Origin: Bacteroidota bacterium
GTDB taxonomy: Bacteria; Bacteroidota; Ignavibacteria; Kryptoniales; JAKASW01
Length of the DNA: 64,000 nucleotides
Direction of reading: 5' to 3'
Assembly (NCBI GenBank): GCA_021845665.1
Contig: JAJZVO010000021.1
Location: 1,289-65,288 of the forward strand
Both the position numbers and the translations under genes were made by a program. Under the pieces are notes generated by a model. It saw only the letters and a program-made list of their open reading frames with translations, was not told the origin of the DNA and did no database searches. How positions within the stretch are numbered: position 1 is the stretch's first letter; each line of letters opens with the position of its first letter. Below are positions 56,404 to 64,000 of this stretch, in pieces.

Positions 56404-57614
56404 TCTTTCGGCTTTCCATGGACTTCGGATGCAACCTTCATGGAAAGTCCGAACAGGTCGATGAAGCCCTCGGCCTTTTTCTGGTCGTATACTTCATCCT
56501 GCGAGAAAGTGGCCAGGTCTTCGCGATACAGCGAATACGGGCTCTTTACGCCGGCGGCGCTGATGCTTCCTTTGTAGAGCTTCAGCCTTACAACTCCGGT
56601 CACGTACTTTTGGGTGGATTCCATGAACGCGTCTAACGCCTCACGAAGCGGCGTGTACCACTGCCCATTGTAGACGAGCTCTGCGTAACGCTGTGAAACG
56701 ATGTCTTTGTAATGAAGCGTATCTTTGTCGAGTATGATGTGCTCAAGCTCGCTGTGCGCGGCATACAGGATGGTGCCGCCGGGAGTCTCGTAGACGCCTC
56801 TCGACTTCATGCCGACGAGACGGTTCTCGACGAGGTCGACTCGACCGATTGCGTTTGCCGCGCCTATCTTGTTAAGTCTTTCTACAAGTGAGACGGCGTC
56901 GTATTTCTTTCCATCGATGGCGACCGGAACGCCACGTCTGAATTCTATCTGGACATAGGTCGGCCTGTTCGGAGCCTTTTCAGGAGAAACGGTTCTGACG
57001 AACAAGTCGCTCTTCGGCTCATTCCAGGGGTTTTCAAGCTCGCCTCCCTCGTGGCTGAGGTGCCAGAGGTTTCCGTCCCGGCTGTAAATCTTCTTGAGCG
57101 TTGCCTTTATGGGCACGCTATGCTTCGCGGCGTACCGAATTGCATCTTCCCGGGACCGGATATCCCATTCGCGCCAGGGCGCGATGACCTTAAGCTTAGG
57201 GGCGAAGACCTTATAAGTCAATTCAAACCTGACCTGATCGTTTCCTTTGCCGGTGCAGCCGTGAGCGAGGGCATCAGCCCCTTCTTTCAGGGCGATTCTC
57301 GCCTGGTACTTTGCGATGAGCGGTCTGGCGATTGAAGTGCCTAGCAGATATTTCCTTTCGTATATCGCGTTCGCCTTGATCATCGTAAAAAGGAACTTCT
57401 CGACAAATTCTTTTCTAAGATCGAGCATATAGAAGTTATCAGCGCCGGTCTTTTTTGCTTTTTTGTCGAGTCCTCGAAGTTCTTCATCGCCCTGACCAAT
57501 GTTAGCGGCATATGCTATTACCTTACAGCCGTATTTCTCTTTCAGGTAAGGTATTATTATTGATGTATCCAGTCCTCCCGAATAGGCGAGGACTACCTTC
57601 TTCACTTTCGACAA
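56400..57614 (-). CDS. argG: Argininosuccinate synthase
   Basis: TTG start at 57614 with AGGAG 9 nt upstream. Motifs [12 protein letters not shown] and [15 protein letters not shown]. Confidence 0.95.
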   Translation of the reverse strand: MSKVKKVVLAYSGGLDTSIIIPYLKEKYGCKVIAYAANIGQGDEELRGLDKKAKKTGADNFYMLDLRKEFVEKFLFTMIKANAIYERKYLLGTSIARPLIAKYQARIALKEGADALAHGCTGKGNDQVRFELTYKVFAPKLKVIAPWREWDIRSREDAIRYAAKHSVPIKATLKKIYSRDGNLWHLSHEGGELENPWNEPKSDLFVRTVSPEKAPNRPTYVQIEFRRGVPVAIDGKKYDAVSLVERLNKIGAANAIGRVDLVENRLVGMKSRGVYETPGGTILYAAHSELEHIILDKDTLHYKDIVSQRYAELVYNGQWYTPLREALDAFMESTQKYVTGVVRLKLYKGSISAAGVKSPYSLYREDLATFSQDEVYDQKKAEGFIDLFGLSMKVASEVHGKPKE

Positions 57615-57774
57615 TTCATTATACTCCTGTTTTGGAGATAAAATTTACAAAAACCAAAGGTGATTTAGTATTAGCAGTGAAAAAAAATTAAGGCAAAATT
57701 CATTTTAAATGCTTGACTAAAACGCTTGTTTCAGTTAAACTTAGGTCGATGAAAATATGCAAAGGAGGTAGAAA

Positions 57775-58050
57775 ATGAGAAAATTGCCGGGTGTAGTCCT
57801 GAGCCTCATTGTAACGTCCATTTTGCTTGCTGGATGTACTAAATATGCGGATCAGAGTCAAATGCAGCAACTATCGGATCTGAAGAACGAAATAGCGACA
57901 TTGCAGCAGCAGATACAGACCGCTGATCAGCAGAAGGCTGATTTGCAGAAACAAGTTGCAGACAAGAAGGACCAAATCAAGAAACTTGAGAACGACGAGC
58001 AACTTCTCCAGCAGAGGCTGCAGTCGCAACAGAATTCTAATTCAAACTGA
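57775..58050 (+). CDS. Small coiled-coil lipoprotein
   Basis: AAAGGAGG RBS and a lipobox ILLAGC. The rest is Gln/Lys/Leu-rich heptad-like sequence. 91 aa. Confidence 0.65.
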   Translation: MRKLPGVVLSLIVTSILLAGCTKYADQSQMQQLSDLKNEIATLQQQIQTADQQKADLQKQVADKKDQIKKLENDEQLLQQRLQSQQNSNSN

Positions 58051-58063
58051 CAAGGAGCCATAG

Positions 58064-58831
58064 ATGAAACGTATATCCGTATTGGCAGTGGTCGCGATGA
58101 TGTTCGCGATTTCCTCTGTGGCTTCCGCACAGCAGGAAAAGATGAAGTACGCAGATTGGCAGGCCGAGATGACGTCATTGACCGCCAAGCGCGACTCTTT
58201 GAAAAACGTGCTGAGTCAACTTAATACTGACATAGCTAATCTGAAGAGCGAACTCGCCAGCCTCGATGGACAGTACCAGGCGCAGTGGAAGAAGTATCTC
58301 GGAATGCTTGGAACAGATGAGGCGGGTTATAAGGCTTTTGGGCTCGCCCTCCAGAACATGAAGTCCCAGATTGACAACTACATGTCGATGTCGGATCAGG
58401 ACCTCTGCGCTCAACGTAAAAATGTCGAGGCGCTCGGAGCCAGGATCGATTCGATGAAGACCAGCAAACTGGCGCTCGCACAGCAATACTATAATGAGGT
58501 CCAGACTCTGGTTAACGATTATGCTCAGTTAAAGGCCCGTCTTGCCAATTGCTCTACGGCAATGACTTATACGGTCGGTACTTGGGCTCGTAACAGAGAC
58601 TGTCTCTGGAACATTGCGAAGAAATCCTCGATTTACAACGATCCCTGGAGATGGCCTAAGATCTACATGGCCAACAGGAATCAGATCAGGAATCCTGATT
58701 TGATCTATCCGAAGGAAGTGCTGAAGATCCCGGCAAATGCTCCTCTTACGAATAGTGAGAGAGCCGCCGCGCGCGCCTATTATGCAAGAAAGGCCCGTAT
58801 GGAAAGAATGTCGGCACATCCCTCGAAGTAA
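58064..58831 (+). CDS. Secreted coiled-coil protein with a C-terminal LysM domain
   Basis: Signal peptide MKRISVLAVVAMMFAISSVASA. The C-terminal YTVGTWARNRDCLWNIAKK...IRNPDLIYPKEVLKIP is a LysM motif. Confidence 0.8.
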   Translation: MKRISVLAVVAMMFAISSVASAQQEKMKYADWQAEMTSLTAKRDSLKNVLSQLNTDIANLKSELASLDGQYQAQWKKYLGMLGTDEAGYKAFGLALQNMKSQIDNYMSMSDQDLCAQRKNVEALGARIDSMKTSKLALAQQYYNEVQTLVNDYAQLKARLANCSTAMTYTVGTWARNRDCLWNIAKKSSIYNDPWRWPKIYMANRNQIRNPDLIYPKEVLKIPANAPLTNSERAAARAYYARKARMERMSAHPSK

Positions 58832-58868
58832 GTAAGTACTAGCACGAAAAGTAAGTTAAGTTTCAATA

Positions 58869-58912
58869 ACGCTCCCGTCTGCTTATGCGGCAAGGCGGGA
58901 GTGTTTAATTTT
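58869..58912 (+). terminator. Hairpin terminator after the LysM gene
   Basis: ACGCTCCCG (58869-58877) pairs with CGGGAGTGT (58896-58904), including one G-U pair, followed by TTAATTTT. Confidence 0.55.
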
Positions 58913-58941
58913 CCTGCCATATATTTGCGCCGGAAGAATCG

Positions 58942-59934
58942 ATGGATATCGTCGAAAAACGGATAAGGATCTCGGGAGTAGATCCGCTTTCCCTCCTTGG
59001 CATTAACGATTCGAATCTCCAGATAATATCAGACAGGTTCGATGCAAATATCATCGTTCGTGGTGACAATATCACAATAAAGGGCGAGGAGGATGAAACA
59101 GCCCGCGTCGAGAAGGTTTTCAAAGAACTGATATACGTCCTGGACAAGACCGGAGTCCTCAGACCGGATGATGTCGTCACGGTCGTCGAGCTCGTATCCG
59201 GAGAAGGGGAAGCAGCCGTTGCCTCCGAAACGGGCACTTCGACGCAGGGTGACAACAGGGATGTGGTTGTCCTCTCCGCCCGGAACGACTTGATAAAACC
59301 TAAGACTCCAGGTCAAAGACAGTTTGTCAGGGCAGTGCGGAAGAACGATGTCGTATTTGCAGTCGGACCAGCGGGAACTGGAAAAACATATCTCGCAGTC
59401 GCAATGGCCGCAGCGGCGCTAAGGAACAAGGAAGCTCAGAAGATAGTGCTCACTCGGCCGGCAGTCGAAGCAGGCGAGAGTCTGGGATTCCTCCCCGGCG
59501 ACCTGAAGGAGAAAGTTATCCCTTACCTTCGCCCGCTTTACGATGCCCTCGACGATATGCTGCCTCAGGACAAGTTGAAATTGTACGTGGAAAAGAATGT
59601 CATTGAAATTGCTCCCCTCGCGTATATGAGAGGAAGAACGCTCTCCAACGCCTTTGTAATCCTAGATGAAGCCCAAAACGCATCTGCGATGCAGATGAAG
59701 ATGTTCCTCACCAGGCTCGGAGTCAATTCTAAGGCCATTATTACGGGTGACATTACACAAATTGATTTACCCCAAAAGAGCCTTAGCGGACTGGTCGAGA
59801 TACAGAAAGTGCTTAAAGGTGTCGAGGGCATAAGTTTCGTTTACCTTGAGAAGACCGATGTGGTCAGGCACAAGCTGGTAAAGGATATTATCGACGCGTA
59901 TGAAAAGTATAACAGCTGGGACGGCAAAGACTAA
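58942..59934 (+). CDS. phoH: PhoH-family ATPase
   Basis: 330 aa. Walker A GPAGTGKTYLAVA, ILDEAQN, and GD.TQIDLP. Confidence 0.93.
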   Translation: MDIVEKRIRISGVDPLSLLGINDSNLQIISDRFDANIIVRGDNITIKGEEDETARVEKVFKELIYVLDKTGVLRPDDVVTVVELVSGEGEAAVASETGTSTQGDNRDVVVLSARNDLIKPKTPGQRQFVRAVRKNDVVFAVGPAGTGKTYLAVAMAAAALRNKEAQKIVLTRPAVEAGESLGFLPGDLKEKVIPYLRPLYDALDDMLPQDKLKLYVEKNVIEIAPLAYMRGRTLSNAFVILDEAQNASAMQMKMFLTRLGVNSKAIITGDITQIDLPQKSLSGLVEIQKVLKGVEGISFVYLEKTDVVRHKLVKDIIDAYEKYNSWDGKD

Positions 59935-60177
59935 AACCAATGGCTAAATTGCGGGGGGTGGTCTGCAAAGCGGGCTTGCACATACATGCTGTCAATATTT
60001 GTGTCTGCTCCTGCGTGTGTAAACTTGGTCGCGGGCAATTCACTTGCATCCCTCTTCACGTCAGAAAATTTGTCAATCCGGAAAATTCCTCTTCGTCTCA
60101 GGTCTGCATATTATCCGGGTATTCGACAGATATCTCGATATAAATTCACCTACTAATCCCATGGGCAAGGCCTCGAA

Positions 60178-63100
60178 ATGATAAAAAGGTTAGCGGCAAC
60201 TATAGTTATGCTCTATTCCCTTAATGCTTTCGCGGGGAATCGAGTGCTGATAGTGTACGAAGGCAAAGATGTGCAGAGTAACCCTGCGAAAGGCGATGCT
60301 CTGCAGTTGTACCAGCTCCTCGGCCATTTCGATCTGCGTAAAAAGGTCGTCGCGGCCGACGATTACCGTCCGGGGGAATGCAACGGATTCGATTATGTTT
60401 TCTTCAACGGGTTTACTCCAAACTGCCAGCCGCCGGACAAGTTTCTCGATGATGCTTTCGAATACAAAGGAACACTTGTCTGGTTAAATACAGGAATAAT
60501 TGCTTTCAACGCGCGCCACAATCTGGAAAAAAAATACGGGTTTGTTCCCGAGAGGTATGATTCTACACTAGGGTTCGACGCGGTGGTACCGACGGACAGG
60601 GATTTCAGGTTTGACAAGGGCGACAATTATCTGACCGTGATGACAATTACCAACAGTACAATGGTTAAGGTCCTTGCAAACGCCTATGCGCCTCATCATA
60701 TCGTATCGCCGTACGCCATTCATTCCGGCAACCTTTATCTATTCGGCGACTCGCCCTTTTCTTATATTGGCCCGACGGACCGGTACATTTTCTTTGCCGA
60801 GAAGCTGCACGATATCCTTCACCAGGAGCACCCCGAATTTCATTCTGCAATGATTCGTATTGAAGATGTCGACCCGACCGAGGATCCGAACAGCATCAGG
60901 AAGATCACGGACCTTCTTTACAGCGAGCATGTTCCGTTCCTCATAGCCGTTGTCCCCTTTTACGTCGACCCGGCAAACAACGTTCGTATCTCACTTTCCG
61001 ACAAGCCCGATATGGTGGACGCTCTCCGCTATGCCGAGGACCATGGCGCGACGATCGTCATGCATGGAGTCACTCATCAGTATCACGGAGTAACCGATGA
61101 CGATTATGAGTTCTGGGACAGTGCGTTGAACAGACCGATAGCGAACGACAACGCGGCATATGTTAAACAGAAGCTCGAGACCGGAGTGGAAGAGCTGATG
61201 CGCAACGGTGTTTACCCGCTCGCGTGGGAGACGCCTCATTATGGCGCATCCGACCTCGACTACGCTACGATCGCGAAAGTATTTTCGACAGCAGTCGAAG
61301 AACGCACCGTTATGAACGATCTCGATTACAGTCAGTACTTCCCTTATGTCATTCGGAAAGATATGTTCGGCGAAAGGATCGTTCCTGAAAACACAGGTTA
61401 CGTCCCGTACGGTTCGCCCCAGGAAGAGGAGAAGGGGGTTCAGGATATCCTCGCTGCGGCTAAAGCAAATCTGTACGTGAGAGACGGCTATGCGACGGCT
61501 TTCTTCCATCCGTTCATGCCGATCCATCTTCTCAGGGAGATTGTTGAGGGAACGAAAGCGCTCGGCTACACTTATGTGAGCCTGCGCGATAGCAGCAATA
61601 TGGTACGGCTCCCCGACAGGGTGATCCTGTCAGGTGCCGACTCGTTCAAGATTTCGATCGAAGACGAATATCTCAAACAAATCTATTTGAATGAGAAAGG
61701 AGAGCGGGCTCGAAGAGAAATAACTTCGAAGAGGGTTACCGAGACATTCAAGAAACAGGTCGAACTCAAGCCGGGTTGGATTTATGCTGCCGAACCTATC
61801 GAGTACAGGGAAAGGGCTCTGACTATTTGGGACAAAGCGCTGATCGGAATCAAGAGTGTCTGGAGCAGGTTCTTTCCGGAGAAGAAAAAGATAACTCCCG
61901 CAGTCGCAGGTATTCTCTGGGATTCGACGGCTACGGGGGGGGCAAAGCTGGACGAGGCCAGTTTCGCAACAGCACTCGGGAGCGTCGGGATACCCACCGA
62001 TACTCTCGCTCCGGGCGACCTTGACAGTCTGAATCCATATAACCTGATTATCGTCCCGTACACCGTCGCGGATAACCTGCCTGATTCCCTCTATGAAGTT
62101 CTCGAGAAGTTTGTCTCTTCCGGCGGAAGACTTATCACCGATTCGAAGAACCCGCTCGCAGTCGACTTTGGTGTGAAGTTCAGCCAGAATGTCATGCGGC
62201 TCGAGAAGGTGAGAGACCGCATGTTTCCTGAACAGCTCCTAAGCTGGGGGAATTTTGAAACAGTCCATCGGATCGATGTCGAGGAAAATGATCAGATAAT
62301 TTGCACAAACGATCTAAACGACGCGCCAGTGGCCGTCGCTAGAAAGTACGGTAAGGGGAAAATAATCGTAATGAGCGCCCGATTCGATCCGGTGACTGGC
62401 GGAGGCTATGCAAGGTTCCCGTACCTGATAGAGTGGATCAAGAAATATTTTCAGCTTTATCCGACTTTAAGACGTGACAAGCTGGATATGTTCTTCGATC
62501 CGGGACTTAGGTCCACGTCGCACATAAGCATAGAGTCTCTGGTAAAAGACTGGGCGGCGAAAGGTATCAGTGTCATCCAGGTCGCCGGATGGCACGAATA
62601 CCCGAAATACACATACGATTACGACAGGCTGATCAGGCTTTGCCACGCTTACGGGATCGCCGTGTACGCGTGGATCGAACCGCCGCAGATAAGCAAGATG
62701 TTCTACGATGAGCATCCGCAATGGCACGAGAAGAACTACAAAGGAGAGGATGTCCGTCCCGACTGGCGTTACCCGGTGGCGCTTGCGGACAGCGCGTGCA
62801 TGCGTGCGGCCTCCGGCTGGACTTATAATTTCCTCACTTCTCACGATTGGGACGGAGTGAACATATCTGAGCTCTATTTCGGCGGCGAAGGTGCACCGGC
62901 AGATCCGAGAATGCTTACACCGTTCGACATGAGTGTGCGTGTCATGTTCAGGAAGGAATATGGTTTCGACCCCGTCCGGCTCTTCCAGCAGAACTCTCCG
63001 CACTATTACAAGACATCGCCCCAGGACTGGAAGAGCTTCGTGGACTTCCGCGCCTCGCTTGTGACCAGACTGACTTCACATTTCATAGATATTGCCCGGG

Positions 63101-64000
63101 ACGCTTTTAGCGGCAAACCCGGTGCCCAGATCATACTTACTGTGATGGATCAGAAAACATTTCCCGGGCTCAGAACTTCGCTCGGGGTGGATATGAACCA
63201 GATCCTTCAGCTCAGGAAGACTTACCCGTTTATCCTCAACGTCGAGGACCCTGCCGTAAGCTGGAACTCCGATCCGAGGCGCTATGTCGCGATCGGAAAC
63301 ACATACAAGAAGTTGTTGGGTCCCGATTCTACTGACCTGATGATCGACCTGAATATCCTGGAATTCCGTCATTCTAACTACAACGGTGTGTTTCCAACAA
63401 AGATGCCGACCGGAATCGAAAGCTACCTGCTCGTAAACTCGGCCTCACAGGTTGCGCCACGGGTGGCGATCTACTCCGAAGCGACGGCACTCCCACAGGA
63501 TATTGCCGATTTCCCGTATGCGGCAACCCCACAGGCGAACTTCCAGGCTTCCGACGGCGGCTTCACAGTAAATGCTCCCTATTCAACCTGCATGAGGCTC
63601 AGCAATGATGTCGCTGAAGTATCGGTAGACGGCAGGGTTGTATATCCATATCAGCCTGGCTGCTTCTCAATCCCGGCGGGAAACCATTTCGTCAGGATTG
63701 TGAAGGCCGATGTCAACCCGTTTGAGAGCGGATTGATGCATTCGCATGTAGAGTCCGCTTCCTGCAACATCCTTAGTGAGAAGACATTTCAACGCGGAGT
63801 GGAGTTCACTTACTCTTCGCTGGGAAGATGCGCGGTATCGTTCGGAAAATTGCCGTATGCGGTTGTTGTGGACAACCACGAAATACCGTTTACCGTGGCA
63901 CGGGAGGAACAACATTACGGCATAGTTCTCCCGCCTGGCCGGCACAAGGTCCTTGTCGTGCTGGAGAGCACGGTCTCTTACGGGATCGACATGACGAGTC
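60178..64000 (+). CDS. Very large secreted multidomain protein, 3' end outside the window: signal peptide + unknown domain + DUF2334/deacetylase-like domain + GATase-like domain + glycoside-hydrolase-like TIM-barrel domain
   Basis: This ORF is not in the supplied track, presumably because it has no stop inside the window. My own translation from ATG 60178 runs 1274 codons to nt 64000 without a stop. The N-terminus is MIKRLAATIVMLYSLNAFAGN. Deacetylase-like blocks are MIRIEDVDPTEDP, PFLIAVVPFYVD, IVMHGVTHQY and AWETPHYGAS. Later blocks WHEYPKYTYDYDRLIRLCHAYGIAVYAWIEPPQ and HDWDGVNISELYFGG resemble GHL-type TIM barrels. Only short minus-strand shadow ORFs lie opposite. Confidence 0.85.
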   Translation, partial: MIKRLAATIVMLYSLNAFAGNRVLIVYEGKDVQSNPAKGDALQLYQLLGHFDLRKKVVAADDYRPGECNGFDYVFFNGFTPNCQPPDKFLDDAFEYKGTLVWLNTGIIAFNARHNLEKKYGFVPERYDSTLGFDAVVPTDRDFRFDKGDNYLTVMTITNSTMVKVLANAYAPHHIVSPYAIHSGNLYLFGDSPFSYIGPTDRYIFFAEKLHDILHQEHPEFHSAMIRIEDVDPTEDPNSIRKITDLLYSEHVPFLIAVVPFYVDPANNVRISLSDKPDMVDALRYAEDHGATIVMHGVTHQYHGVTDDDYEFWDSALNRPIANDNAAYVKQKLETGVEELMRNGVYPLAWETPHYGASDLDYATIAKVFSTAVEERTVMNDLDYSQYFPYVIRKDMFGERIVPENTGYVPYGSPQEEEKGVQDILAAAKANLYVRDGYATAFFHPFMPIHLLREIVEGTKALGYTYVSLRDSSNMVRLPDRVILSGADSFKISIEDEYLKQIYLNEKGERARREITSKRVTETFKKQVELKPGWIYAAEPIEYRERALTIWDKALIGIKSVWSRFFPEKKKITPAVAGILWDSTATGGAKLDEASFATALGSVGIPTDTLAPGDLDSLNPYNLIIVPYTVADNLPDSLYEVLEKFVSSGGRLITDSKNPLAVDFGVKFSQNVMRLEKVRDRMFPEQLLSWGNFETVHRIDVEENDQIICTNDLNDAPVAVARKYGKGKIIVMSARFDPVTGGGYARFPYLIEWIKKYFQLYPTLRRDKLDMFFDPGLRSTSHISIESLVKDWAAKGISVIQVAGWHEYPKYTYDYDRLIRLCHAYGIAVYAWIEPPQISKMFYDEHPQWHEKNYKGEDVRPDWRYPVALADSACMRAASGWTYNFLTSHDWDGVNISELYFGGEGAPADPRMLTPFDMSVRVMFRKEYGFDPVRLFQQNSPHYYKTSPQDWKSFVDFRASLVTRLTSHFIDIARDAFSGKPGAQIILTVMDQKTFPGLRTSLGVDMNQILQLRKTYPFILNVEDPAVSWNSDPRRYVAIGNTYKKLLGPDSTDLMIDLNILEFRHSNYNGVFPTKMPTGIESYLLVNSASQVAPRVAIYSEATALPQDIADFPYAATPQANFQASDGGFTVNAPYSTCMRLSNDVAEVSVDGRVVYPYQPGCFSIPAGNHFVRIVKADVNPFESGLMHSHVESASCNILSEKTFQRGVEFTYSSLGRCAVSFGKLPYAVVVDNHEIPFTVAREEQHYGIVLPPGRHKVLVVLESTVSYGIDMTS

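Noticed and set aside
59940-60143. 67-aa Cys-rich plus-strand ORF between phoH and the giant ORF. I considered a small cysteine-rich peptide.
   Set aside because: It has no RBS and an irregular Cys spacing with no known motif. It lies in what is more likely the promoter or leader region of the giant gene.
1-64000. I scanned for CRISPR arrays, rRNA, tmRNA, RNase P, SRP RNA, common riboswitch cores (lysine, FMN, TPP, SAM, c-di-GMP), intact IS elements and toxin-antitoxin pairs.
   Set aside because: I saw no periodic repeat-spacer structure, and no intergenic region exceeds ~900 bp. None of the signature sequences I remember for these RNAs is present. This eye scan cannot replace an Infernal/Rfam search.

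Overview
This 64-kb window looks like chromosomal DNA from a Gram-negative bacterium. The protein signatures suggest the FCB group (Ignavibacteria/Bacteroidota-like), but that is a guess from memory. All product calls rest on motif recognition, and no database search was possible. Most of the window is conserved housekeeping: the rimP-nusA-infB-rbfA-truB-ribF-rpsO-pnp block followed by tRNA-Leu(GAG); yicC-gmk-rpoZ-coaBC; dnaG; nadD; glnD-murI; a UvrD/PcrA helicase; argG and argH; and phoH. I saw no CRISPR array, no intact IS element or integrase, and no rRNA. The unusual parts are listed here. (1) A tight four-gene operon (26.4-30.3 kb) encodes two Ddl-like but non-Ddl ATP-grasp ligases, a small GNAT and a KamA-type lysine 2,3-aminomutase. 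Decayed DNA flanks it on both sides. This is my best candidate for an undescribed pathway, possibly an N-acyl beta-lysine peptide. (2) An ORF of more than 1270 codons (60178 to the window end) is missing from the supplied ORF track. It encodes a secreted multidomain protein that looks like an exopolysaccharide deacetylase/hydrolase. (3) A three-gene PilV/PilW/PilX-like module without canonical prepilin leaders lies directly downstream of tRNA-Leu, followed by an orphan transposase-type HTH gene with a consensus promoter. (4) A ferredoxin + geranylgeranyl-reductase-like + deacetylase-like operon ends in an EamA transporter pseudogene split over three frames. (5) Smaller items: a promoter plus terminator-like hairpin in the rimP-nusA leader; a DUF4338 (DruA-like) gene fragment; a nucleotidyltransferase ORF that appears to have lost its core; a GTTCCAA/TTGGAAC repeat array upstream of argH; and a lipoprotein + beta-barrel pair.
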